Positions 1-12,774 of a stretch of DNA of 64,000 bases are shown here, one piece after another. How positions within the stretch are numbered: the first letter of the stretch is position 1; every line of letters starts with the position of its first letter. The stretch lies in the NCBI GenBank assembly GCA_030390025.1, contig CM059432.1, positions 47,308,001 to 47,372,000 on the forward strand, given 5' to 3'. This stretch comes from Squalus acanthias. Lineage: Eukaryota. The translations under genes were made by a program, and so were the position numbers. The notes under the pieces are model-generated. The model had not been told where the DNA came from. It searched no databases and worked only from the letters and a program-made list of their open reading frames with translations.

Positions 1-346
1 TCATCAACTTCAGCAATGTATAGCAGAAGATGGATATGAACATAAAAATACTTTTCAAAGTTCTTCATAGATACAGAAATGTCATAATGATGTATTGCCT
101 TCCGTGGGCAGAGAGGGACTTTACAATAAAATCCAACACATTGCTATCATATCTTGAAACATTTTCACTATGAAAGTTACAAAAAGAGTAATTCATGAAA
201 ATTACTGCAGTGCATAATAATTACTGCAGTACAAGAAAAAGTTATTTTTTGACTTGAGCTATAAAACACAAATTAAACAGCTTTGTAGAATCCACCTGGA
301 GTATTCAGTGGCTTAAGAAGCAAAAGAATGAAATATTTGTATTTAC

Positions 347-526
347 CTGCCCCAGAGTACATTCAAATTCTCCCAGGAAATCATCATCACCCAGATCAAA
401 AGTTTCATTATCAATATCATAAACTCCAAATTTCAGTTTCTGAACTTGCTCAAAGTAATAATCGATCAGAAATTTCTTCGAAAATTTTGGGTCGAGGCAG
501 TTTTTAACCATTTCTGTACGGCCAAT
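347..526 (-). CDS. CPNE3: Copine copy A, coding exon 2 (C2A domain, second half)
   Basis: tttcctag|ATT...CAG|gtaaat; 180 bp, phase 0/0. Encodes [60 protein letters not shown], closely resembling vertebrate copine-3, with Ca2+-binding Asp residues kept. CPNE3 versus CPNE1 orthology is unresolved. Confidence 0.95.
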
Positions 527-2820
527 CTAGGAAAGATAAAGGACAATGAACCTCCAATATAATAATCTCCTCAATTAGTACTTACTAAAACCAATCAGAA
601 TAAAGGAACCAAAATCCAACAGATAGAGATAATACAATGTAATGTTACAGAAATTCTAAACTGACTGTAATTTGTCACTCATGTTGTTTTCATCTATAAC
701 AAAATATTTAGGAAAGCAGCAGTCACTAAGTTTGGCCAATCTCAAACCAGTTCTTAGCAGGTATCAGTTTACAGCATGAACTACCTATCATTTGGGATTA
801 ACCGAGAGTCTCAGTCAAAGCTGTTGTAAAAATGATTACGGAGTGACTCCTGCCAACGACCGGAAGCTGCGCAGAAGCGTACTGCACATTAATCTGGAAC
901 CAGAAGCTTCTTTCTTTTTCCACAGAGCATTTTTCCCTCACACAAGAACATAAGACGTAGGAGCAGAAGGAGGTCATTTGGCCCCTCGAGCCTGCTCCGC
1001 CGTTCAATAAGATCATGGCTGATCTGATCTTGGCCTCAACTCCACTTCCCTGCCCGCTCCCCATAACCCTCGACTCCCTTATCGTTCATAAATCTGTCTA
1101 TCTCCACCTTAAATATATTCAATGACCCAGCCTCCACAGCTCTCTGGGGAAGAGAATTCCAAAGATTCACGATCCTCTGAGAGAAGAAATTCCTCCTCAT
1201 TTCCGTTTTAAATGGGTGCCCCCTTATTCTGAAATGATGCCCCTTGGTTCTAGATTCCCCCACGAGGGGAAACATCTTCTCTGCATCTACCCTGTCAAGC
1301 CCCTTCAGAATCTTATGTTTCAATAAGATCCCCTCTCATTCTTCTAAACTCCAATGAGTACAGGCCCAACCTCCTCAATCTTTCTTCATAAGACAACCCC
1401 TTCATCTCTGGAATCAACCTCGTGAACCTTCTCTGAACTGCCTCCAATGCAAGTATATCCTTCCTTAAATAAGGAGACCAAAACTGTACGCAGTACTCCA
1501 GGTGTGGTCTCACCAACGCCCTGTACAGTTGTAACAGGACTTCCCTGCTTTTATACACCATTCCCTTTGCAATAAAGGCCAACATTCCATTTGCCTTTCT
1601 AATTACTTGCTGTACCTGCATGCTAACTTTTTGTGATTCATGTACAAGGACCCCCAGATCCCTCTGTACCTCAGCATTTTGTAATCTCTCCCCATTTAAA
1701 TAATAATTTGCTTTTTTATTTTTCCTACCAAAGTGGATAACCTCACATTTTCCCACATTAAACTCCATCTGCCAGATTTTTGCCCACTCACTTAGCCTAT
1801 CTATATCCCTTTGGAGATTCCTTGCGTCCTCCACACAATTTGCTTTCCCACCTATCTTTGTATCAGCAGCAAATTTGGCTCCATTACACTCGGTCCCTTC
1901 ATCCAAGTCATTAATATAGATTGTAAATAGTTGAGGCCCCAGCACTGATCCCTGCGGCACCCCACTAGTTAGTTTGCCAACCTGAAAATGACCCATTTAT
2001 CCCGACTCTGTTTTCTGTTAGTTAGCCAATCCTCTATGCATGCTAATATATTATCCCAACCCCGTGAGCTCTTATCTTGTGAAGTAACCTTTTATGTGGC
2101 ACCTTATCGAATGCCTTCTGGAAATCCAAATACACGACATCTACTAGTTCTCCTTTATCCACCCTGCCTGTTACTGCCTCGAAGAACTCCAGCAAATTTG
2201 TCAAGCATGATTTCCCTTTCATAAAACCGTGCTGACTCTGCTTGACTGTATTATGATTTTCTAAATGTCCTGCTACCACTTCCTTAATGATGGACTCCAA
2301 CATTTTCCCAATGACAGATGTTAGGCTAACTGGTCGATAGTTGCCTGCTTTCTGTCTCCCTCCTTTCTTAAATAGGGGCGTTACATTTGCGGTTTTCCAG
2401 TCCGCTGGGACCTCTCCAGAATCCAGGGAATTTTGGTAGATTACAACCAATGCATCCACTATCTCTGCAGCCACCTCTTTTAAGACTCTAGGATGCAGGC
2501 CATCGGGTCCAGGGGATTTGTCCACCTTTAGTCCCATTAGTTTGCCTAGTACTTTTTCTCTAGTGAGTGATTGTTTTAAGTTCCCGCCCCACCCCCACCC
2601 CAATAGCCCCTTGATTATCCATTATTGGGATGCTTATAGTGTCTTCTACCGTGAAGACCGATACAAAATATTTGTTCAAAGTCTCTGCCATTTCCCTGTT
2701 TCCCATTATTAATTCCCCAGACTCATCCTCTAGGGGACCAAAGTTTACTTTAGCTACTCTCTTCCTTTTTATATACCTGTAGAAGCTCTTACTGTCTGTT
2801 TTTATATTTCTTGCTAGCTT

Positions 2821-4857
2821 ATCCTCTAGGCTAACAAGGGAAATTAGGGATAGCATAAGATCCAAGGAGAGGGCATATAAATTGGCCAGAAAAAGCGGTA
2901 ACCCTGAGGATTGGGAGCAGTTTAGGATTCAACAAAGGAGGACAAAGGGATTAATTAAGAAGGGGAAAATAGAATATGAAAGTAAGCTTGCAGGGAACAT
3001 AAAAACTGACTGTAAGAGCTTTTATAGATATGTGAAGAGAAAAAGATTAGTGAAATCAAGTGTAGGTCCCTTGCAGTCAGAAGCGGCGGAAGTTATAATG
3101 GGGAACAAAGAAATGGCAGCCCAATTAAATGCATATTTTGGTTCTGTCTTCACAAAGGAGAACACAAATAACCTTCCAGAGATGTTGGAGAACATACGGT
3201 CTGATGAAAGGGAGGAACTGACAGAAATCAGTATTTGCAGGGAAATGGTGTTAGGGAAATTGACGGGATTGAAGGCCGATAAATCCCCAGGGCCTGATAA
3301 TCTACATCCTAGGGTACTTAAGGAAGTGGCCCTAGAAATAGTAGATGCATTGCTGATCATCTTCCAACATTCGATGGAATCTGGAACTGTACCCATGGAT
3401 TGGAGGGTAGCTAATGTTACCCCACTATTCAAAAAGGGTGGTAGAGAGAAAGCGGGGAATTAGGTAAGCCTGACATCGGTAGTGGGGAAAATGCTAGAGT
3501 CCATTATAAAGGATGTAATAGCTGAGCACTTGAAAAACAGTGACAGGATCGGACAAATTCAACATGGATTTACAAAAGGTAAATCGTGCTTGACTAATCT
3601 ACTGGAATTTTTTGAGGATGTAACTGGGAAAATAGATAAGGGAGAACCAGTAGATGTGGTGTATTTGGACTTTCAAAAGGCTTTCGATAAGGTCCCGCAT
3701 AAGAGATTAGCGTGTAAATTTAAGGCACATGGGATTGGGGGCAAGGTATTGACTTGGATAGAGAACTGGTTGGCGGACAGAAAGCAGAGAGTAGGAATTA
3801 ATGGGACTTTTTCCGAGTGGCAAGCTGTGACTAGTGGGGTACCGCAGGGATCGGTCCTTGGACCCCAGCTATTCACAATATACATTAATGATCTAGATAA
3901 GGGAACTAAATGTAATATCTCCAAGTTTGCAGATGACACAAAGCTGGGTGGGAGTGTGTGCTGTGAGGAGGATACCGAGAAACTCCAGGATGATTTGGAC
4001 AGGTTGGGTGAGTGGGCAGAAGCGTGGCAGATGCAATATAACGTGGATAAATGCGAGGTTATCCACTTTGGTGTCAAAAACAGAAAGGCAGACTATTATC
4101 TGAATGGCAATAGATTGGGAGAAGGGGAAGTGCAACGAGACCTGGGTGTCCTTGTGCACCAATCGCTGAAGGTAAGCATGCAGGTGCAGCAGGCGGTGAA
4201 GAAGGCAAATGGTATGTTGGCCTTCATAGCGAAAGGGTTTGAGTATAGGAACAGGGATGTCCTGCTGCAGTTGTACAGGGCCTTGGTGAGACCACACCTT
4301 GAGTATTGTGTGCAGTTTTGGTCGCCTTATCTGAGGAAGGATGTTCTTGCCATGGAGGGAGTTCAGCGAAGATTCACAAGGCTGATACCTGGGATGGCAG
4401 GAATGACATATGAGGAGAGATTGGGTCGATTGGGCTTATACTCGCTGGAGTATAGAAGAATGAGAGGGGATCTCATCGAAACATATAAAATTCTGACAGG
4501 TCTGGACAAACTAGATGCAGGAAGAATGTTCCCGATGGTCGGAGAGTCCAGAACCAGGGGTCACAATCTAAGGATAAGGGGTAAGCCATTTAGGACAGAA
4601 ATGAGGAAGAATTTCTTCACCCAGAGAGTGGTGAACCTGTGGAATTCTCTACCACAGAAGGTAGTTGAGGCCAAGTCAATAAATATATTCAAGAATGAGT
4701 TAGATATATTTCTTAAAGCTAAAGGTATCAAGGGATATGGGGAGAAGGCAGGTACAGGGTACTGAGTTTGGATGATCAGCCATGATCTCATCGAATGGCG
4801 GAGCAGGCTCGAGGGGCCGAATGGCCTACTCCTGCTCCTATCTTCTATGTTTCTATG
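2821..4857 (+). mobile_element. 5'-truncated CR1 of a different subfamily, nested in opposite orientation inside the CR1 above
   Basis: 427-aa RT ORF 3482-4765 (QGSVLGP, FADD) and TTCTATGT-repeat tail. Removing it rejoins the host as ttgctagctt|tactctcata. Confidence 0.93.
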
Positions 4858-5285
4858 TACTCTCATAAGCTATCTTCTCTATCATTTTTTTAGTCGTCCT
4901 TTGCTGGTTTTTAAAAATTTCCCAATCCTCTGGCCTTCCACTATTCTTCGCAACATTGTATGCCTTTGTTTTCAATTTGATACCATTCTTTACTTCCTTA
5001 GTTTGCCACGGATGGTTCATCCTTCTCTTAGAGTCTATCTTTCTCACTGGAATATATCTTTGCTGAGAGTTATGAAATATCTCCTTAAATGTTTGCCACT
5101 GCTTTTCTACAGTCTTACCCTGTAATATATTTTCCCAGTCCACTTTAACCAAATCTGCCTTTATTTAAGTTCAGGACACTAGTTTGAGACCTAGCTTTCT
5201 CACCTTCAAACTGAATTTGAAATTCTACCATGTTATGATCACTCTTCCCAAGAGGATCCTTCACTTCAAGATCATTAGTTAATCC

Positions 5286-5484
5286 TGATGTGGAGATGCC
5301 GGTGTTGGACTGGGGTGGACAAATGTGAGAAGTCGCACAACACCAGGTTATAGTCCAACAGCTTTATTTGAAATCACAAGCTTTCGGAGCGCTGCTCCTT
5401 CACCTGACGAAGGAGCAGCGCTCCGAAAGCTTGTGATTTCAAATAAAGCTGTTGGACTTTAACCTGGTGTTGTGCGACTTCTCA
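5286..5484. mobile_element. Short palindromic non-autonomous element (Penelope-related) with hammerhead ribozyme
   Basis: 80-bp inverted repeat arms 5322-5401 and 5409-5488 (one mismatch), 7-nt loop. Flanked by ~13-bp direct repeats cattagttaatcc (5273-5285) and cattaattaatcc (5485-5497). Confidence 0.85.
5400..5436 (+). ncRNA. Minimal type I hammerhead ribozyme motif
   Basis: TCAC-CTGACGA-A-GGAGC-AGC-GCTCC-GAAA-GCTT-GTGA: both core boxes present, stem II GGAGC/GCTCC, palindromic stem III AAGCTT, stem I TCAC/GTGA. Confidence 0.75.
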
Positions 5485-7390
5485 CATTAATTAATCCAGC
5501 CTCATTACACATTACTAGATCTAAAATACTCTGCTCCCTGGTTGGTTCCACAACATATTGTTCCAAGAAACCATCCCATATACACTCTAAGAACTCTTCC
5601 TCAAGTCTACCTTTGCCAATTTGCTTTGTCCAATCAATATGAAGATTAAAATCTCCCATGATTATAGCCGTACCTTTCTTACAAGCCTGTAGTATTTCTT
5701 GATTTATACTCTGTCCTACAGTGGCTACTGTTTGCAGCCTGTCGACCACTCCCACCAGTGACTTCTTACTCTTATTATTTCTTATCTCCACCCAAACTGA
5801 TTCTACGTCTTGATCTTCTAAGCAAATATCATTTCTCACTACTGCACTGATCTCATCCCTTATTAACAGAGCTACACCACCTCCTTTTCCTTTCTGCCTA
5901 TCCTTACGAAATGGCAAATACCCCTGAATATTCAGTTCCCAGCTTTGGTCACCTTGCAACCACGTCTCTGTAATGGCAATCAGATCATACCCATTTATTT
6001 CTATTCATGCTGTCAACTTATCTACCTTGTTATGAATGCTGCGTGCGTTCAGATATAGAGCTTTTAATTTTGTCTTACCATTTTTCCCTACTCTGACCCT
6101 GCTTTCTGATGCACTCTTGTGTATACGCTCTGTCCCTTCCTGTCTCACTCTAGTGATCATTACCCCATCGCTACACTGCACTTTTGCCTTCTCATTTTTC
6201 TTTGACTTTTTAAATTTCCGCTCAGCGGACCTCTCCCCCCCCCACTATTTAGTTTAAAGCCCTATCTACAGCCCTAGTTATTCGATTCGCCAGGACACTG
6301 GTCCCAGCCTGGTTCGAATGAAGCCCTTCCCGATGTAACAGTTCCCTCTTACCCCAGTACTGGTGCCAGTGCCCCAAGAATCGAAACCCATTCCTCCCAC
6401 ACCAATCTTTGGGCCACTCGTTCATCTCTCTGATTTTATTTACCCTATGCCAATTTGCATGTGGCTCAGGTAGTAATCCAGAGATTATTACCTTTGTGGT
6501 TCTGCTTTTTAATTTAGCCCCTAGCTGCTCATACTCACTCAGCAGAACCTCTTTCTTTGTCCTACCTATGTCATTGGTACCTACATGGACCACGACAACT
6601 GGATCTTTCCCCTCCCACTCTAAGTTCCTCTCCAGCCCAGAGAAGATGTCCTTTACATTGGCACCGGGCAGGCAACACAGCCTTCGGGACTCACACTGTT
6701 GGCTGCAGAGAACAGTGTCTATCCCCCTAACTATACTGTCCCCTACCACTACCACATTTCTTTTTGCTCCCCCCACTTGAATGGCTCCCTGTACCACAGT
6801 GCTGTGGTCAGTTTGCTCATCCTCACTGCAGTCCCTGCTCTCACCCACACAGAGAGTAAGAACCTCGTAACTGTTGGGCAAGAGCAAGGCTGAGGCCCCT
6901 CCACCACTACCTCCTGGGTCCCCATACCTGCCTCGCTCGTAGTCACACCCACCGGTCCCTGACCACGGACCAAATTTGAATTAATTAATCTAAGGGGTGT
7001 GACTACCTCCTGGCACACAGCGTCCAGGTAACTCTCCCCCTCCCTGATGTGTCGCAGTGTTTGAAGCTCAGACTCCAGCTCATCAACACGGAGCCGAAGT
7101 TCCTCGAGCAACCAACACTTACTGCAAATGTGGTCGCCGTGGACCTCAATGGTGTCCACCAGCTCCCACATGTTGCAGCAGTAACACATCGCCTGCCCTG
7201 CCATCTCTAACGTATTTAATTAAGTGTTTAAGTTTTGAACGTTTAGTTTTTAATCCCGGCTCTTAATTTAAATCAATGCCCAAGAAAAAGAGAAATACTG
7301 ACCAACCAATCGCTTTCCTGTGACGTCGCACTTTGAATCTTTCTACTTCTTACCCTCCCAGGTCGGTTGGCGCTGCTCCGGGCTCGCTTG

Positions 7391-7539
7391 TTCAGCCCGC
7401 TCCCTCCCGCCATTTTTCCTCACAGCCCACTGACTCCCGGCATTTTTCCTCACAGCCCGCTCCCTCCCGCCGTTTTTCCTCACAGCCCGCTCCCTCCCGG
7501 CATTTTTCCTCACAGCCCACTCCCTCCCGGCATTTTTTT
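7391..7539. repeat. 30-bp minisatellite (~5 units) at the CR1 5' end
   Basis: Unit CATTTTTCCTCACAGCCCGCTCCCTCCCGG with minor variants. Confidence 0.95.
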
Positions 7540-7729
7540 TGATGAACCGGCAGCACGCATGCGCAGTTCGCTTCCGGTTCGTTGGCAGCAGTCACGTCCA
7601 AAATATTAATGTATACTGGTACAAGTGTGAAGTCACTCCACTAAAGCTCGAGTTGTGGCACTATTCTTTCAGTTGAATGGCATGAAAATGAGAATGTATG
7701 AAAATGAAGTTAAAAAAAAAAGCAATCTA

Positions 7730-8062
<333 letters not shown>

Positions 8063-8309
8063 CTAACCTGCAAAGCACATTGTAATACATGCAACATTAT
8101 AAACCAATATTTTAAGCTTTTAATTAGATTATTTTTTATTTATTAAAACTAAAAACAGGCTGTATATAGAACATGCTAATGCCTATTAAACCTAACTGGA
8201 ACCAGTTTGATACCAATAAAACTTACTGTACTTCACTATTTTTATTGGTTACAAGATTAACAGATGGAACACAGTTTGCAACAGAAAATATTGAATTCTA
8301 CTGGATATG

Positions 8310-8470
8310 ATCAAAAAGGTCCCATATTCAATTTCTAGTCTGTGTTGGGTTTTTGTTCTTAGCCAAGTGGCAGTAGGGGTACTACAATTGTCATCAATTT
8401 CCCTGGATTAGAGAGTGGAAAATTAGCCAAAGAGTCTATTTCAGGTACATGGATATCAAGTGAGGAAAGG
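8310..8470 (+). mobile_element. Degraded AmnSINE2-like SINE fragment
   Basis: Similar to the copies at ~47020 and ~53520 (ggtccca...ttc...gtctgtg...gtggcagtaggggtactacaattg). Family name from recall. Confidence 0.4.
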
Positions 8471-8524
8471 ATTGCACTCATTTAGGATGTGTTATTTAAA
8501 TAGACTGGCAAGATGTTTAATTTT

Positions 8525-9215
8525 ATCAGTTCCTGGGATGAGGGCGTCGCTGGCAAGGCCAGCATTTATTGTCTATCCCTAATTGCCCTTGAGAAGGTGG
8601 TGGTGAGCTGCCTTTTTGAACCACTGCAGTCCGTGTGGTGAAGGTACGCCCATATTGCTGTTAGGGAGGGAGTTCCAGGATTTTGACCCAGCGACCATGA
8701 AGGAACGGCAATATATTTCCAAGTCAGAATGGTGTGCAACTTGGAGGTGGTGTGTTCCCATGCCCCTGCTGCCCTTGTCCTTCTAGGTGGTGGAGGTTGC
8801 AGGTTTGGAAGGTGCTGCCGAAGAAGCCTTGGTGAGTTGCTGTAGTGCATCTTGTAGATGGTATACACTGCAGCCACAGTGCGCTGGTGGTGGCGGGAAT
8901 GAATGTTTGAGGTGGTGGATGGGGTGACAATCAAGTGGGCTGCTTTGTCCTGGATGGTGTTGAGCTTCTTGAGTGTTGTTGGAGCTGCACTCATCCAGGC
9001 AAGTGGAGAGTATGTCATCACACTCCTGACCGATGCCTTGTAGCTGGTGGAAAGGCTTTGGGGAGTCAGGAGGTGAGACACTCGCTGCAGAATACCCAGC
9101 CGCTGACCTGCTCTTGTTGCTACAGTATTTAAGTGGCTGGTCCAGTTAAGTTTCTGGTCAATGTTGACCCCCAGGATGTTGATGGTGGAGGATTCGGCAA
9201 TGGTAATGTACTGTC
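8525..9215 (-). mobile_element. Non-LTR retrotransposon 3' fragment (probably RTE-X)
   Basis: RT C-terminal YKASVRSVMTYSPLAWMSAAPTTL; same 3' tail as the copies at ~52.5, ~54.0 and ~62.4 kb. Confidence 0.7.
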
Positions 9216-9689
9216 AATGCGCACTTGGGTGGCCATGGAACTGTACCCAGCAGTGATACACATGTCTTCAAGAGAGGAGAAAGTGATATGAAACTCTGGC
9301 AACAAAAAATGCAATAAAAAGTGTCTTGCGAATCTAAAAGCTGGCAGTTTTTGAAAGCCACTCTGACTTTTCTTTGGCTCCACTTTGCTTTTCCTTCAAT
9401 CAGCAAATTCTGGCCAATAACCAACAATGATGTTATGACTGCATATAGTCTGTTTGCTGTACAATCATGTTTTTTGGAGGAAAAAAGACCATCACAGCAC
9501 TGTTTGTTTTCAGTCATTTGTAGATCAAACAGTAAGAGTGAAATTTCTGTCACCAGACATGTGTCAATGTCATCAACAAACAAGCCCATGAATTTGTAGA
9601 ATAAAATCCCCTTTTCAGGTCATTACAAGTTCTTTATCTATAAAATCTCCACAATTCTTGCTGCACTTCACATTTTTTTTTTTTAAAGT

Positions 9690-10600
9690 AACTGTCCTTG
9701 GATGTGGGTGATGCAGGCAAGGCCACATTTATTGGCCATTCTTGTTTGCCTGAGAAGGTGGTGGTGGGCCTTCTGCTGAATCCTTGCACTCCTTGTGGTG
9801 ATGGTGCTCCTACAATGGTATTACATAGGCAATGCCAAGATTCTGACCCAGTAATGGTGAACGAATAGTGTCGTATGTCCAAGTTGGTATAATGTGTGAC
9901 TTGGAGAGGAACTTGGATGTGATGGTGTTCCCACACCATTGCAGCTTTTGTTCTTCTTGGGTGGTAGAGGTCGCATGGGAGGGAGGTTCTGTCAAAGTAA
10001 CCTTGGGGAGTTGCTGCAGTACATCCTATAGATCGTACATACTGCAGCCACAGTGCACTGGTGGATATTGAATTCAATGGCAGGGGCAAAAATCAAGCGA
10101 ACTGTTCTGTCCTGGATGGCGTCAAGCTTCTGGATTAATGTTGCAGCTGCACTCATTCGGGCAAGAGGTAAGCATTCCATCATACTCCTGACTTATGCCT
10201 TGTAAAAAGTGGTGAGGCTTTGAGTGGTCAAGAGGTGAGCCACTGGTCACAGAGTACGCAGGCTCTTTCCTGCTCTTGCAGCCACGTTGTTGATATGGTT
10301 AAGTCCAATTCAGATTCTAGTCAATGGTAATCGCCAGGATGTTGATACTGGGGGACTTGGGGCTTCTGGTGCCATCGAAGGTCCAGGTGGGGTTGGCTGG
10401 ACTTTGTTGTTCCAGATGGTCATTGCCTGGCACTTGTGTGGCGAGAGTATTACCTACCATGTGTCAGCCAGACCTGAATGTTATCCAGGTCCTGTTGTAA
10501 GGTGACAAGGGCTGCTTCATTATTGGAGGAGTTTTAAATAGTGATGAACATTGTAGAATCATGAGTTAACAGCCTGACTCCTGACCTTATGACTGAGGGA
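9690..10600 (-). mobile_element. Older copy of the same RTE-X-like LINE
   Basis: MECLPLARMSAAAT...KLDAIQD; homologous to 8525-9215. Confidence 0.65.
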
Positions 10601-12221
10601 ATACCTAATAAAAAGATAATTTTGTAGGAACAAAATAACAAGTTAACAAAGGAAATAGCTACTACTGGCAAAAATCGTGACAAAAAATTCAGAAGGAAAT
10701 TGAAACTACATAAAAACAAATAATTTTCAAGTGAGTTGATACACCAAAATATGGTTCCAAAGATCTGAACTAAAATAATTTTATTCCCCGCCCCAATCTC
10801 TCACTCCCACAGTTGTCAGACTATGAGCTCAGTCTAATTTGCGAGCAATTATACACAGAAACATTAAAGAGCAACCTTATTATAAAAGCTGGTATGAAAA
10901 TGCAAATGTAAAAGTTATTTTAATGTTTTGTATTTAATTCACATGTAGTGTATATTAACAACAGGAAAGTGAAATACTGTACTCAGTTTATATGACTGAT
11001 GAGTTTGGTATCTGAATTTTCATTTGGTTTCACTGTTGGTTACTGCGTATATATTTTTGGCCTTTTTATAATACAACATCAAGGACTGGTATATAAATGC
11101 AAGTTCTTTCTTTGGCAATCACATCATTTTAATATGTTGGTGGATCTGCATGGTGTTACTCACAGGTAGTTCAGGGCGTGAGCAGGGAAGAAAGCAGAGC
11201 GGTCAGGCAGGGAATGGAGCAGTTGGGTGAAGTGGGAGCTGGAGCAGACACCGTGCATTAAAGCAGGGATGCAGTGGAATCAGTTTCCTGTCATCTGGAA
11301 ATGGGGAGTAACAAAGTTCAAGACACGTAGTGGTGTTCCTGGGGCTGGGGTTAGTCACGGATTGCAGGATCAGTTCTTTACAGCATCTTGCATTATTATT
11401 GTTCATTATACATTACAATCCATTGCATGTAATTAACTGCATTGGTTTTTTTCCTGTCACTTATCTCACAATTCAGAAGTTCATGTTTTACTTAGTTTGG
11501 TTCTTTTGAAAGGCACTTCTATTTTCCAAGTATTCACTGGTGCAATAATGGCTTCCCAAGATTTGAGATTTCAGTCCTTTTCCATCATTTCACAGCAAGT
11601 CCACTTGTCCAGGCATGCTCCCATGAATGGAAGTCTAGGTGCCAATCCTAAAGTGTGTGATGCATGACCTGCTCCAAAATTTGGTTGTGCTCAGAAGAAA
11701 GGCAAGTAGCCCGATAGTTGTCTTTTAAGTGCCTGTGCAGTGACACTGGTGCATTCTGGGAGTTGTCTTGTCACATGCTCGAGCCTCTTCATTAGAGAAG
11801 CTGATGGCTGACATAGTGGTAGCTATGAGTATCCTTTTAATCTCAGAGGAGAAAAGAGTTCTCCAGGCCAACATTTATCCCTCACCAAAACCAATTAACT
11901 GGCCATTTATCTCACTGCTGTTTGACTGACAAACATTTGTATGTTTGTTAACATACAAATTGCCTGTAATATTGGCCTGCACAATAATGGTGATTACATG
12001 TCAAACTAATTATATTTGGCTGTGAATCACTTTGGGACATCTCAAGAAAATGACTCTGAAAAAGGACCAACAGTCTCAAAATGATTTGCTATTCTGGTCC
12101 CAGAAACAGTTAAAAGTATCCAGGAGAGTTAGGTACTGTATTACTATTCATCTGATTTAACTTGCTTCTGCATATATTTATTTCTTGAAATAAACAATTT
12201 GTATTTTAACCTGAAACATAA

Positions 12222-12773
12222 GAGGGTCGACTGACTTTTGGGTGACCGGCCGCCTGTTCCAGTATTGAAGAGGTCACCACAATATTGCGGTCCCGGCCTC
12301 ATTTAAATTTGGCAGGCAAACTGTGGTGCACCAAACAGGCGTCTGATTCAGCTCGCCTGATTGAGGCCTCAAGATTGGGCTGGGGCGGTCGCCAGCATTG
12401 GAAGTTATGGAGTGAGGGACGCAATCACAGAGGGTAGGGATCCCGGGATATAGCGGCCCAGATTATTTTCGTGGGCCCCGGCTCCTGCAGGGATACAAAA
12501 ATTATTCAACATTTACCTTTGGCGAGCTTCCTCGGTTCCGACCAGTTCCAACCAAAAATGACATTTGGGGTCCTATTTACGTCATAGGATCCGGATTTCT
12601 GTATTAAAAGAGGCCTATCGCATGAAACAGTCGAGCACTTTGGACACCCACTAGTCGGCCCCTTTTAAAATGGAGTCAGCCGCATCGCTGCCATTAACAG
12701 GGCGGTAAGGCTACCGACCCCATTGAGGTTACTGCCTGACTAACGCCAGACGAAGGCAGTGAAAATGGACCCT
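12222..12773. mobile_element. Degenerate GC-rich MITE-like element
   Basis: CpG-rich island in AT-rich intron with weak termini AGGGTC...GACCCT. Confidence 0.35.
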
Positions 12774-12774
12774 G

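Larger units (their letters stand above)
942..7410 (-). mobile_element. Near full-length CR1 LINE (degraded), interrupted by two insertions
   Basis: ORF1 7204-6249 (frameshifted): Cys-rich finger, leucine zipper and SGNH esterase (GDSIVR, HVGTND, GLH). ORF2 fragments: APE (IIMGDFN, LDLV) and RT ([14 protein letters not shown]). 3' microsatellite-type tail at ~942-955. Confidence 0.93.

Noticed and set aside
3482..4765. 427-aa RT ORF as a host gene or active element
   Set aside because: It is the RT/C-terminus of a 5'-truncated CR1, with a deletion and stop at ~3462, no endonuclease and no promoter.
6249..7204. SGNH esterase / zinc-finger ORFs as a novel enzyme gene
   Set aside because: This is the known CR1 ORF1 architecture, and it is frameshifted here.
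7391..7539. CRISPR-like array
   Set aside because: Contiguous tandem units with no unique spacers, no cas genes, and vertebrate context.
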